Below are positions 44,263 to 58,305 of a stretch of DNA of 64,000 nt, piece by piece; the first letter of the stretch is position 1, and the number at the start of each line of letters is the position of its first letter. This DNA is from Eledone cirrhosa (lineage: Eukaryota), in assembly GCA_964016885.1 (NCBI GenBank), contig OZ024747.1:11904001-11968000 (forward strand), given 5' to 3'. Below the pieces are notes generated by a model that saw nothing but the letters and a program-made list of their open reading frames with translations, did no database searches and was not told where the DNA came from. The position numbers were made by a program, and so were the translations under genes.

Positions 44263-44527
44263 CTCTCATCATCCCCAACCATTGCCCCCTCCTCCTCATC
44301 ATCATCATCATCATCATTCTCATCATCCCTAACCATCAACTCGCCTCTCATCCTCCTCCTTCCCCCTCTTCACCATCATCATCCCCAACCACCCTCCTCC
44401 TCCTCCTACACCCCCTCCCTCCCTCACACAAATCAACAGTCCATCATCTTGTTGCTCCTAATGTAAACCTTACTTTATACCCCCCTCCCACCACCATCAC
44501 CCTTCTGTCCCTCTTTCTCTTATTCAG

Positions 44528-44541
44528 ACACACACATGGGT

Positions 44542-44594
<53 letters not shown>

Positions 44595-44801
44595 TGGGTG
44601 CACACGCACATGCAACCACACACATACATGCACACACATGCACATGGGCGCACACACATACATGCACACACATGCATACACACGCACACATACACATGGG
44701 CGCAGCACACACATACATGCACACACATGCATACACATGCACACACACACACACACATACACACACACACATACACATGGGCGCAGCACACACATGCATA
44801 C

Positions 44802-44834
<33 letters not shown>

Positions 44835-44975
44835 TGGGTGCACACACACATGCAACCATACACATGGGTGCACACACATGCACATGGACGCAGCACACAT
44901 ACATGCACACACATGCATACACATGCACACATACACATGGGCGCAGCACACACACACATGCACACACACGCACAC

Positions 44976-45015
<40 letters not shown>

Positions 45016-45058
45016 ATGGGCGCAGCACACACATACATGCACACACATGCATACACAT

Positions 45059-45104
<46 letters not shown>

Positions 45105-47460
45105 ACACACACACACATGGGTGCACACACACATGCAACCATACACATGGGTGCACACATGCACACATACACATGGACGCAGCACACATACATGCACACA
45201 CATGCATACACATGCACACATACTCACAGACAGACACACACACACACACACACTGATCGTCTGCTCCTTTGAATTAATGTCTTCCCTTTTCCTGTTTGCT
45301 CTCTTCCCTTCTATTTCCTATATCTAACATGTCTTCTCCTAAACCAGTCTGTGTCATCCCAACACCATGCCACTGCTTGCCTCTCTGGAATGCAGCATCT
45401 CTGCATTCCAGTCATTCCATTGCACACAAGTTGTTGGTGCATCCAGCTGTAGATATGCGTCCGTCTCTATGTGTGTTTGTGTGCATAGGTACGTCCATGT
45501 GTATGAGTGTGCTTACGTATGTGGTGTTGGTGTGTTGTGGTGGTGGTGGTGGTGGTGTAGTGGTAGTGGTGTGGTGGCAATGGTGTTGTGGTGGCAGTGG
45601 TGTTGTGGTAGTGGTGGTGGCAGTGGTGTGGTGGCAGTGGTGTTGTGGTGGTGGTGGTGTGGTAGTGGAGGCAGAGCTGCAGTGGTGGTAGTGGTGGTGT
45701 GGTGGTTGCTGTGTTGTGGTGGTGGTGGTGTGGTAGCAGTGGTGTTGTTGTGGTAGTGGTGATGTTGGTGTGGTGGCGGTGGTGTTGTGGTGGTGGTGGT
45801 GTTGTGGGGGCAGTGGTGTTCTGGTAGTGGTGGTGTTGTGGTGGCAGTGGTGTTCTGGTAGTGGTGTTGTTGTGGTAGTGGTGATGTTGGTGTGGTGGCA
45901 GTGGTGTTGTGGTAGTGGTGGTGTTGTGGGGGCAGTGGTGTTCTGGTAGTGGTGGTGTTGTGGTGGCAGTGGTGTTCTGGTAGTGGTGGTGGTGTGGTAG
46001 CAGTGGTGTTGTGGTGGTGGTGTGGTGGCAGTGGTGTTGTGGTGGTGGTGTGGTGGCAGTGGTGTTGTGGTAGTGTGGTGGCAGTGGTGTTGTGGTAGTG
46101 GTGGTAGTGTGGGGGCAGTGTTGTTGTGGTAGTGGTGGTAATGGTGTTGTGGTGGTGGTGTGGTGGCTGTGGTAGTCGTTGTGGTGGTAGCAGTGGTGGC
46201 AGTGGTAGTGGTGTTGTGGTGGTGGTGTGGTGGCACTGGTAGTGGTGGTGGAGGCAGTGGTGGTAGTGGTGGTGTGGTGGTAGTGGTAGTGGTGTGGTGG
46301 CAATGGTGTTGTGGTGTGGTGGCAGTGGTGTTGTGGTAGTGGTGGTGGCAGTGGTGTGGTGGCAGTGGTGTTGTGGTGGTGTGGTAGCAGTGGTGTTGTG
46401 GTAGTGGAGGCAGAGCTGCAGTGGTGGTGTGGTGGCAGCGGTGTTGTGGTGGCAGTGGTGTGGTGGTAGTTGTGGTGGCAGTGGTGTGGTGGTAGTGGTG
46501 GTGGAGGCAGTGGTGGTGTGGTGGTGGTGGTAGTGGTGGTGGTGGTTGCAGTGGTGTGGTGGTGATGTTTATAATTCATGCGTCAGATGTATATGACATG
46601 ATTGCATGTTTGTATGAATGTGTGTATTTGTGTGTGTGTAGAGTATGTATGAATGTGTGTATTTGTGTGTGTGTAGAGTATGTATGAATGTGTGTGTGTA
46701 TGTGTGTGTAGAGTATGTAACAATGTGTGTGTATATTTTGTATGCATAAGATATGTGTGTATGTATATGTGTCTATATGACATGCAGAAGTTGTGTATGA
46801 GATGTTTACACCATATACATACATAACTTACACATACCACACATACCATACATAACTTACACATACCATACACACACATACTATACACACACAACTTACA
46901 CACACATACCATACACACACATAACTTACACATACCATACATAACTTACACATACCACACATACATAACTTACACATACCATACACACACATAACTTACA
47001 CATAATTAACACACACATAACTTACACGTTCCACACATACACACACATAACTTACACATACCATACAATACACACTTAAATTACACAGACGCACACAATT
47101 TACACATATAATCTACACATTCCATACATACACATAATTTACACATTCCATACATACACACACCACACATAACAAATATATATATTCACATACCACCAAC
47201 ACCACTGTCACCATACCACACCACTGTCACCACAACACTAACACCCCAAACCAAACCACTGAACTACCACTCCACCACCACTACCATTACTATACCACCA
47301 TCACTTCACCACCATCACCTCAACACTACCACTCCACCACCACTACCATTACTATACCACCATCACCTCAACTCTACCACAAACACCACCACTCCACCAC
47401 CACTACCATTACTATACCACCATCACCTCAACTCTACCACAAACACCACCACTGAACTAC
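44528..47460. repeat. Compound (CA)n / (GTG)n low-complexity block
   Basis: Direct inspection. Confidence 0.9.
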
Positions 47461-47462
47461 CA

Positions 47463-50400
47463 CAATAGAAAGTTTATAATTTACCTTGTTCACCATGTCA
47501 CCACATGTGAGATACTAACCCCCTGGGGTAGTTATATACAATAGAAAGTTAATAATTCACTTTGCTAATTGTTTCATCACATGTGAGATACTAACCCCCT
47601 AGGGTAGTTATATACAATAGAAAGTTAATAATTCACTTTGCTAATTGTTTCACCACATGTGAGATACTAACCCCCTAGGGTAGTTATATACAATAGAAAG
47701 TTAATAATTCACTTTGCTAATTGTTTCACCACATGTGAGATACTAACCCCCTAGGGTAATTATATACAATAGAAAGTTAATAATTCACTTTGCTAATTGT
47801 TTCACCACATGTGAGATACTAACCCCCTAGGGTAGTTATAAAAAATAGAAAGTTAATAATTCACTTTGCTAATTGTTTCACCACATGTGAGATACTAACC
47901 CCCTAGGGTAGTTATATACAATAGAAAGTTAATAATTCACTTTGCTAATTGTTTCACCACATGTGAGATACTAACCCCCTAGGGTAGTTATATACAATAG
48001 AAAGTTAATAATTCACTTTGCTAATTGTTTCACCACATGTGAGATACTAACCCCCTAGGGTAGTTATATACAATAGAAAGTTAATAATTCACTTTGCTAA
48101 TTGTTTCACCACATGTGAGATACTAACCCCCTAGGGTAGTTATATACAATAGAAAATTAATAATTCACTTTGCTAATTGTTTCACCACATGTGAGATACT
48201 AACCCCCTAGGGTAGTTATATACAATAGAAAATTAATAATTCACTTTGCTAATTGTTTCACCACATGTGAGATACTAACCCCCTAGGGTAGTTATATACA
48301 ATAGAAAATTAATAATTCACTTTGCTAATTGTTTCACCACATGTGAGATACTAACCCCCTAGGGTAGTTATATACAATAGAAAGTTAATAATTCACTTTG
48401 CTAATTGTTTCACCACATGTGAGATACTAACCCCCTAGGGTAGTTATATACAATAGAAAGTTAGTAATTCACTTTGCTAATTGTTTCACCACATGTGAGA
48501 TACTAACCCCCTAGGGTAGTTATATACAATAGAAAATTAGTAATTCACTTTGCTAATTGTTTCACCACATGTGAGATACTAACCCCCTAGGGTAATTATA
48601 TACAATAGAAAGTTAATAATTCACTTTGCTAATTGTTTCACCACATGTGAGATACTAACCCCCTAGGGTAGTTATATACAATAGAAAGTTAATAATTCAC
48701 TTTGCTAATTGTTTCACCACATGTGAGATACTAACCCCCTAGGGTAGTTATATACAATAGAAAGTTAATAATTCACTTTGCTAATTGTTTCACCACATGT
48801 GAGATACTAACCCCCTAGGGTAGTTATATACAATAGAAAATTAATAATTCACTTTGCTAATTGTTTCACCACATGTGAGATACTAACCCCCTAGGGTAGT
48901 TATATACAATAGAAAGTTAATAATTCACTTTGCTAATTGTTTCACCACATGTGAGATACTAACCCCCTAGGGTAGTTATATACAATAGAAAGTTAGTAAT
49001 TCACTTTGCTAATTGTTTCACCACATGTGAGATACTAACCCCCTAGGGTAGTTATATACAATAGAAAATTAGTAATTCACTTTGCTAATTGTTTCACCAC
49101 ATGTGAGATACTAACCCCCTAGGGTAGTTATATACAATAGAAAGTTAATAATTCACTTTGCTAATTGTTTCACCACATGTGAGATACTAACCCCCTAGGG
49201 TAGTTATATACAATAGAAAGTTAGTAATTCACTTTGCTAATTGTTTCACCACATGTGAGATACTAACCCCCTAGGTTAGTTATATACAATAGAAAATTAA
49301 TAATTCACTTTGCTAATTGTTTCACCACATGTGAAATACTAACCCCCTAGGGTAGTTATATACAATAGAAAATTAGTAATTCACTTTGCTAATTGTTTCA
49401 CCACATGTGAGATACTAACCCCCTAGGGTAGTTATATACAATAGAAAGTTAATAATTCACTTTGCTAATTGTTTCACCACATGTGAGATACTAACCCCCT
49501 AGGGTAGTTATATACAATAGAAAGTTAGTAATTCACTTTGCTAATTGTTTCACCACATGTGAAATACTAACCCCCTAGGGTAGTTATATACAATAGAAAG
49601 TTAATAATTCACTTTGCTAATTGTTTCACCACATGTGAGATACTAACCCCCTAGGGTAGTTATATACAATAGAAAGTTAATAATTCACTTTGCTAATTGT
49701 TTCACCACATGTGAGATACTAACCCCCTAGGGTAGTTATATACAATAGAAAGTTAATAATTCACTTTGCTAATTGTTTCACCACATGTGAGATACTAACC
49801 CCCTAGGGTAGTTATATACAATAGAAAGTTAATAATTCACTTTGCTAATTGTTTCACCACATGTGAGATACTAACCCCCTAGGGTAGTTATATACAATAG
49901 AAAGTTAGTAATTCACTTTGCTAATTGTTTCACCACATGTGAGATACTAACCCCCTAGGGTAGTTATATACAATAGAAAGTTAGTAATTCACTTTGCTAA
50001 TTGTTTCACCACATGTGCGATACTAACCCCCTAGGGTAGTTATATACAATAGAAAATTAATAATTCACTTTGCTAATTGTTTCACCACATGTGAGATACT
50101 AACCCCCTAGGGTAGTTATATACAATAGAAAGTTAATAATTCACTTTGCTAATTGTTTCACCACATGTGAGATACTAACCCCCTAGGGTAGTTATATACA
50201 ATAGAAAGTTAATAATTCACTTTGCTAATTGTTTCACCACATGTGAGATACTAACCCCCTAGGGTAGTTATATACAATAGAAAATTAATAATTCACTTTG
50301 CTAATTGTTTCACCACATGTGAGATAATAACCCCCTCGGGTAGTTATATACAATAGAAAATTAATAATTCACTTTGCTAATTGTTTCACCACATGTGAGA

Positions 50401-50784
50401 TACTAACCCCCTAGGGTAGTTATATACAATAGAAAGTTAATAATTCACTTTGCTAATTGTTTCACCACTTGTGAGATACTAACCCCCTAGGGTAGTTATA
50501 TACAATAGAAAATTAATAATTCACTTTGCTAATTGTTTCACCACATGTGAGATACTAACCCCCTAGGTTAGTTATATACAATAGAAAGTTAATAATTCAC
50601 TTTGCTAATTGTTTCACCACATGTGAGATACTAACCCCCTAGGGTAGTTATATACAATAGAAAATTAATAATTCACTTTGCTAATTGTTTCACCACATGA
50701 GATACTAATCCCCTAGGGTAGTTATATACAATAGAAAGTTAGTAATTCACTTTGCTAATTGTTTCACCACATGTGAGATACTAA
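47463..50784. repeat. 76-bp satellite x~44
   Basis: caatagaaagttaataattcactttgctaattgtttcaccacatgtgagatactaaccccctagggtagttatata; highly homogeneous. Confidence 0.98.
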
Positions 50785-50799
50785 TATCTCCTTAGATAG

Positions 50800-51540
50800 A
50801 GAACATCTGGAAAACTATCCACTCCTCCATTATGAGACTGTGGAAGTAGATGAAAGTGTTCCGAATAGGAGAATAGTTGAGGATGTTTTAAAGAGCTTCA
50901 GAAACAACAAAAGCTCAGGAACAAGAGGTCAGGAACAACAATAGCTGAGGATCAACAAGAGGTGAGGAACAAGAGGTCAGGAACAACAATAGTTCAGGGA
51001 CAAGAGCTGGGAACAACAATAGCTCAGGAACAACAAGAGGTCAGGGACAACAATAGCTCAGCATCAACAATAGCTCAGCATCAACAATAGCTCAAGATCA
51101 ACAAGAGCTGAGGATCAACAAGAGGTCAGGAACAACAATAGGTGAGGATCAACAATAGGTGAGGATCAACAATAGGTGAGGATCAACAAGAGCTGAGGAT
51201 CAACAAGAGCTGAGGGTCATCAACAAGAGGTCAGGATCCACAATAGGTCAGGATCAACAATAGCTCAAGAGTAACAAGAGGTCAGAAGTAACAATAGCTC
51301 AGAATCAACAAGAGCTCAGGAACAACAATAGCTCAGGAACAACAATAGCTCAGGATCAACAATAGCTCAGGATCAACAATAGCTCAGGATCAACGAGAGC
51401 TCAGGATCAACAAGAGCTCAGGATCAACAATAGTTCAGGAGCAACAATAGTTCTGGAGCAACAATAGTTCAGGAGCAACAAGAGATCAGGAACAACAATA
51501 GCTGAGGAACTGACAAACTGAAAGCCTGAACTATGACAAC
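50800..51540 (+). mobile_element. LINE RT N-terminal remnant with a 17-20-bp tandem expansion (50915-51510)
   Basis: EVDESVPNRRIVEDVLKSFRNNKSSGT resembles the K.NKSPG.D RT motif. The repeat unit aacaacaatagctcagg derives from the NNKSSG codons. Confidence 0.55.
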
Positions 51541-51972
51541 AACTAGTATTTAGTATACTGGGTGTATTTTATTGTGGCACCACCCCTAAGGATATTGTCC
51601 TTGACACAACTAAAGAGTTCTTTCAACCCTTTTTGATAGTGTCTTGTTAGGGTTATGAATGAAGGGAGAGACACAGTATATGTTTCTGGGTCTGTTGTAA
51701 GCTGTCACTTTGAACCTAATTTCATAGTTGGTTGCTAATGTTTCTCCAGTTCTCAGACTCCATCATATACACAGACATAATATATGTATGTGTGGATGTG
51801 TGTGTGGTTATGTGTGGATGTGTGTGTGTTTATGTGAGTGTACACACACACAAAAACATAATATATATATATATACATATATATATATGTATGTGTGTGT
51901 GAGTTTATCTAAGTGTATACACACACTGACATATGTGTGTGTGTGTTTATATGAGTGTACACACACACACAC

Positions 51973-52065
51973 GATGGACCATAACAAGTGGAGAGATGCT
52001 GTGCTGAATAGGACCCATCCCACCCTTGCAAGCAGGGAAAAGCGGACGTAAAATGATGATGATGT
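51973..52065 (+). mobile_element. RTE 3' tail fragment with (ATG)n
   Basis: cccacccttgcaagcagggaaaagcggacgtaaaatgatg, identical to the SINE B tail. Confidence 0.7.
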
Positions 52066-52084
52066 GTGAGTTTATGTGGATGTG

Positions 52085-52115
<31 letters not shown>

Positions 52116-52332
52116 TGTTTTCATTCTGTATTTTCTCTCTCTTCATTCATATATATTCTCGTTGTCATGGTAACTAATCTATCACCTTCTCTATGTAGTT
52201 CTATGGGGTGAAACATAGAAGTGCATGGAAGGGGGGGGGGGTCTTGAAAAGTTGAAAGATGATAGAGAGGGGGAGGGTGGAATTTGGAAAATTACAGACT
52301 TAGATAGAGGGGAGGAGATAGTTGAGAGATTA

Positions 52333-53545
52333 TCTCACCCTCCCTCTATCATATTACATCTTTCCCAACCCTCCTTCTCACCCTCCCTCTATAATATTAC
52401 ATCTTTCCAAACTCTCCTTCTCACCCTCCCTCTATAATATTACATCTTTCCAAACCCTCCTTCTCACCCTCCCTCTATAATATTACATCTTTCCAAACCC
52501 TCCTCTCACCCTCCCTCTATAATATTACATCTTTCCAAACCCTCCTCTCACCCTCCCTCTATAATATTACATCTTTCCAAACCCTCCTTCTCACCCTCCC
52601 TCTATAATATTACATCTTTCCAAACCCTCCTCTCACCCTCCCTCTATAATATTACATCTTTCCAAACCCTCCTTCTCACCCTCCCTCTATAATATTACAT
52701 CTTTCCAAACCCTCCTCTCACCCTCCCTCTATAATATTACATCTTTCCAAACCCTCCTCTCACCCTCCCTCTATAATATTACATCTTTCCAAACCCTCAC
52801 ACTCCCTCCCTCTATAATATTACATCTTTCCAAACCCTCCTTCTCACCCTCCCTCTATAATATTACATCTTTCCAAACCCTCCTCTCACCCTCCCTCTAT
52901 AATATTACATCTTTCCAAACCCTCCTCTCACCCTCCCTCTATAATATTACATCTTTCCAAACCCTCCTCTCACCCTCCCTCTATAATATTACATCTTTCC
53001 AAACCCTCACACTCCCTCCCTCTATAATATTACATCTTTCCAAACCCTCCTCTCACCCTCCCTCTATAATATTACATCTTTCCAAACCCTCCTTCTCACC
53101 CTCCCTCTATAATATTACATCTTTCCAAACCTTCCTCTCACCCTCCCTCTATAATATTACATCTTTCCAAACCCTCCTCTCACCCTCCCTCTATAATATT
53201 ACATCTTTCCAAACCCTCCTCTCACCCTCCCTCTATAATATTACATCTTTCCAAACCCTCCTCTCACCCTCCCTCTATAATATTACATCTTTCCCAACCC
53301 TCCTCTCACCCTCCCTCTATAATATTACATCTTTCCAAACCCTCCTCTCACCCTCCCTCTATAATATTACATCTTTCCAAACCCTCCTCTCACCCTCCCT
53401 CTATAATATTACATCTTTCCAAACCCTCACACTCCCTCTATAATATTACATCTTTCCAAACCCTCACACTCCCTCCCTCTATAATATTACATCTTTCCCA
53501 ACCCTCCTCTCACCCTCCCTCTATAATATTACATCTTTCCCAACC
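52333..53545. repeat. 42-43-bp minisatellite x~29
   Basis: ctcaccctccctctataatattacatctttccaaaccctcct unit. Confidence 0.96.
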
Positions 53546-54074
53546 CCCCTCACACACCATATATATCTTTACCTCAAATACTGTTATGTCAACACTTATA
53601 ACTGGGTTTCTGGTTCTGTCCTTGACAGAGAATTCATGTCTACACATACACTCACACACGTCTACATACATACACACATCTACACACACACGTCTACATA
53701 CATACACATATCTACACACACACACACACATACACATGTCTACACACACACACACATACAGAATTGAAAAAAAAACGAACCCTGTTCTATTTGATGATGT
53801 GAGGCAGACACAAAAGGGAAGTGTGCCTCTGTTCTTTTATTAATGCTTAACCAGAAGTTTCAGACAGAAAGTATTACAGTTATCTCTCTCTCTCTCTCTC
53901 TCGCTCTCGCTCTCGCTCTCTCTCTCGCTCTCTCTCCCTCTCTCTCTCTCTCTTATATATATATATATGTTAAGTATTTCCAAAGAAAAGGCAAAGGAAA
54001 AAGTAGTGCTCTATGTATAAAACAGAGCTATTTAATTAGAAATTGAACAATACATTTCGTATTTTCATATTTTC

Positions 54075-54156
54075 ATAACCTCTCTATCTGATGAGCAAAC
54101 CAGACATATGTTAATATTGTCTGGGGTCCTGAAACCTTTGGTAATGGAGTAGTTAT
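54075..54156 (+). ncRNA. Candidate type I hammerhead ribozyme
   Basis: Stem I ataac-ct-ctctat / atggag-ta-gttat, core CTGATGA (54088-54094), stem II ccagaca/tgtctgg with poorly paired base, GAAA, stem III A-CC-TTT-GG-T, predicted cleavage after GUA (54143). Confidence 0.6.
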
Positions 54157-54194
54157 ATATTGTGTTGTTTACTTTCTAATATATATATATATAT

Positions 54195-55205
54195 ATAAGC
54201 AAATGAATGAGTGAATGAAAGAGTTACAAGCCGTTAAAACATATCTTACACGTGTTTCACCCAGAGGGGCTCGTCGGCTGCAACACAATCATTCTACAGA
54301 TGGACCCCTGAACCTGAATAACTACAATAATACCTGAGGCTCTCCGCACCACACCCTGGCCTGACTCGGCGGCGGTAGGTTTACCAATATACAGCGTGGA
54401 ATAACACCATCATCCACCCACCGTTTTTCCACTGGGATGATGCACAGCACCTACTCAGTTGGGCCCACCCCGCTATATTCTTCCTCATGGCTCGACCAGA
54501 TTAAAGTAATCTTATGAACCTGCTGCCTGAACCCAAGTAACTTCTTAGATAAATTGATCATATGAACATACAACTTCGATCCGAATTGGCATCATATTTC
54601 CAGGCCTTCAACATCGCACCCCAACGCAGCCCCCCTGCATCAGGTATACCTGTGTTCAGTGTTTAACGACATTACCAACAGTCTATTATTTTCCCACCTA
54701 AACACTGCATGATTAAGTTAATTTAATTAATAAGTTAATTTTTTTACCCATAGCTGGTATTGGTAAAAAAATAATGCAGTAACATTCAACGAGCACCAGA
54801 TAATTACCTCCCTAAGCGAGTTATATCCCTTTCACCGGTAACAATACCTCTACCATCACGATGCAGACTGATGTGATGTTATAATACCCTCTCAGAAATT
54901 TGTAATTAAGGACCTAGCCATCGGAGCATCTGCCTCCGACAAACCCCTCTGGGTGAAACACGTGTAAGAGCTATATAAAGATACGTTTTAACGGCTTGTA
55001 ACTCTTTCATTCACTCATTCATTTGCTTATTCCAGCTCTGCTTAATCCTTACGCTAAATATTAACCTTCTCTAATATTTAACCCTGCTAACTCAAGCATT
55101 GAGCACACTACGCTTCGGCTTTTGGCATTTAGTATTCTGTATCACACCTCTTTGTATCTCTCCACTCCATCCTCTCTTACGGTACTTTAACCTTATTATT
55201 ATATA
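54195..55205 (+). mobile_element. Penelope-like element: inverted 5' partial repeat, body, 3' repeat and tail
   Basis: Inverted repeats at 54195-54277 and 54936-55030, each carrying a hammerhead-like CCGAC(G/A)A-RCCC-CTCT-GGGT-GAAA-CACGTG-TA. The tail has a bulged stem at 55035-55106. (TA)n on both sides. Confidence 0.7.
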
Positions 55206-55206
55206 T

Positions 55207-55256
<50 letters not shown>

Positions 55257-55658
55257 TCCAGTTCATTCTGTAATGTGGTTGATAATAGGAAGGGCACCCA
55301 GCTGTAGAAACCAAGCTAAGACCTGGTCTTTTCACCTTTCTATCTTCAGTACGTGATAGTCAGTCTAATATATACTAGCATGGAAGATAAATGTTAAATG
55401 ATGATGAAGATGAGGACTGTACACTTGAGTCATATAATACAAAAAAATTTGATTTATTTAGAGTTTTTAGCTTCAAAACCTGGAGTTGGGGTCATATACT
55501 CAAGTTAGTATTACACACAAAGAAATATGCTATGTAATAATACATTTTTAAGGACTATTTCTAACAACTGTAGGAACGTTACACCCCCACCACACACATA
55601 TGTATGTATCTGTGTGTATGTATAAATATATTTATTTGTGTGTGGGAGTGTATGTGGA

Positions 55659-55690
<32 letters not shown>

Positions 55691-55874
55691 TTGTACACAT
55701 GTGAGGGGGGTGTGTGTGTGTATTTGTGCATATGTGGAATGTAGGTGTGTGTGTGTGCAGAAAAGACAAAATGCAGCCCTCACAGACAACCTGTGACACA
55801 ATTTCAACTAGGCAAACCTTATTTACAGAGGAAGTACTTGATGCAGACTTTGCACACTCACACACAACCACACA

Positions 55875-55927
<53 letters not shown>

Positions 55928-56087
55928 ATATATATAGCATTAACCTATATCTACTATCTCTATAATATTATCTTTATATCTGTTAACACAATTCAGCAAG
56001 CACTGTGTGTGTGTATATATATATATATGTATATTATATATTAGATTTTTACAGGACTAGAAATGTGGGCCTTTGATCAATCTGAGC

Positions 56088-56422
56088 CTACATGACCACT
56101 TTACAGAGTGGACTGGGTGCTTTTTGTCGTGGCACCTACATGACCTCTTTACAGTGTGTACTAGGTGCTTTTTGTCGTGGCACCTACATGACCACTTTAC
56201 AGTGTGTACTGGGTGCTTTTTGTCGTGGCACCTACACAACGACTTTACAGTGTGTACTGGGTGCTTTTTGTCGTGACACCTGCATGACCACTTTACAGAG
56301 TGGACTGGGTGCTATTTGCCGTGGCACCTACATGACCACTTTACAGTGTGTACTGGGTGCTATTTGTCGTGGCACCTACATGACCACTTTACAGTGTGGA
56401 CTGGGTATGTTTTGTCATGACA
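56088..56422. repeat. 48-bp minisatellite x7 derived from RTE/SINE B tail
   Basis: ctacatgaccactttacagtgtgtactgggtgctttttgtcgtggcac; reverse complement of the unit at 31167-31345. Confidence 0.9.
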
Positions 56423-57253
56423 CCAACACGACCAATTTAAAGGGTTTCTATTTAACCATTTTGATACCAATCTGCCCCAAACCATCCCTGCTTCTGTGAA
56501 ACACAACCCCCAATTGTAAAAAGTTCCTATTTAAATTAAAACCTTCTAACATAATTTGACTTATTTCCTTTGTAACATCTTAATTATGAAATAATTAATT
56601 ATTGCTGTAAATCCCTCCAAATTCTTTATTAATTAACTCAATGTATGTTTCATTATAAATATGGTAATGTAATGATTAGTGTGTGTGTGTGTGAGAGAAA
56701 GAGGGGGGGGGGGAGAAAGAGAGAGAGACAGACCGACAAAGAGAGAGGGGGATGGTGTGAGGCAGCTGTGTTGGGTATTATATCATGGTATGATATATGT
56801 TGACCCTAACCGGCATATATTATATAAAGGGTAAGTTAATTTAAAGACAAAAGAGGGTTGTAGATAACAGGGACCTACAAAAGGGGAAAGAGAGAAAGAA
56901 GGTGAAGACAAAGAGGGAGAGAGAAAGAGAGAAAGAAAGAAGGTGAAGGTGAAGAGAGAGAGGGGGTTAGAGAGACATTGACTGTCACCTATTTCTAGTA
57001 TCAGAATGAGATATTGCGGCTGAAATGTTCTGTCAGAGACATTGTACCCTATGACCTCTATCACATTGACCTGGCCACATTGAGGTGGGGTGAAGGTGGA
57101 AAGGGGTAGATAGAGACCCTCACCTACAACTGTTGTCAAATGTGAGAAACAAAAATTTAGTTTATTATATCTGTCTGTCTGTCTGTCTATCTGTCTGTCT
57201 GTCTGTGTATCTATCTGCCTGTCTGACTGACTGTCTGTCTGTGTATCTATCTA

Positions 57254-57284
<31 letters not shown>

Positions 57285-57476
57285 GTCTGTCTGTCTGTCT
57301 GTGTATCTATCTGCCTGTCTGTCTGTCTGTTTGTCTGTCTGACTGTGTTATTACATCCACTTTTCCATGTTGGCATGGGTCGGACAAGATAATCTGAGGC
57401 AGTTCTTGACGTCAATTCTTACCTATATTTATACTCATCTTTGGCGGATCAGTTAGCTGTGAGATGTAAAGACACA

Positions 57477-57581
<105 letters not shown>

Positions 57582-57619
57582 ATATATCAATATATATAAT
57601 ATATCAATATATATATATA

Positions 57620-57890
57620 TTGTTGTTTCCTTGAGCAAGGCACTTTATTTCATATTGCTCCAGTTTACTCAGCTGTAGAAATGAGATGATAGGGACTGGG
57701 TTCCCTATCATACCACTGCAAAAGTGGTCGTGGAGGTGCCACAGCAAAAAAGCACCCAGCACTCACTGTAAATGAGGTTGGTGTTAGGAAGGGCATCCAG
57801 CTGTAGAAATCAAGCTAGAATCAGTTCCTGTCCCACCCTTGCAAGCAGGGAAAAGCGGACGTAAAATGAAATGATGATCATGATGATGAT
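57620..57890 (+). mobile_element. SINE family B, 5'-truncated
   Basis: Reverse complement of 24018-24292. Confidence 0.85.
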
Positions 57891-58043
57891 ATATATAATA
57901 TATCAATATATATATATATATAATATATCAATATATATACAATATATATATAATATATCAATATATATATACAATATATATATAATATATCAATATATAT
58001 ACAATATATTAATAAATGGAAACTATATTTATAAAACCATAAT

Positions 58044-58108
58044 TATTTTATTATATATATTTCAAGGGCAACCAAGCAAATCTTGGTGCACTTTCATCAG
58101 ATAAAATA
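58044..58108 (-). ncRNA. Mirror copy of the minimal hammerhead
   Basis: Exact reverse complement of 58241-58305. Confidence 0.75.
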
Positions 58109-58240
58109 CAAAATTTGTTTTATAAATAGTGACATAACCATGGAAAACAACCTTGACAGTTGAAAATTCACTGTCCAGTGAATTTTCAACTGTCATGATT
58201 GTTTTCCATGGTTATGTCACTATTTATAAAACAAATTTTG

Positions 58241-58305
58241 TATTTTATCTGATGAAAGTGCACCAAGATTTGCTTGGTTGCCCTTGAAATATATATAATA
58301 AAATA
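58241..58305 (+). ncRNA. Minimal type I hammerhead ribozyme
   Basis: Stem I tattttat/ataaaata (8 bp), CTGATGA, stem II aagtgcaccaag/cttggttgccctt, GAAA, palindromic stem III (A)TATATA(T), cleavage after AUA. Confidence 0.8.

Noticed and set aside
43863-46579. Long His/Thr/Pro/Cys-Val ORFs
   Set aside because: Microsatellite artefacts from (CA)n and (GTG)n.
54195-55030. DNA transposon with TIRs
   Set aside because: The inverted repeats contain hammerhead-like motifs and the element extends asymmetrically past the right repeat, which fits Penelope-like architecture better.
57050-57075. Two TGACCT nuclear-receptor half sites
   Set aside because: Short motifs expected by chance; no independent evidence.
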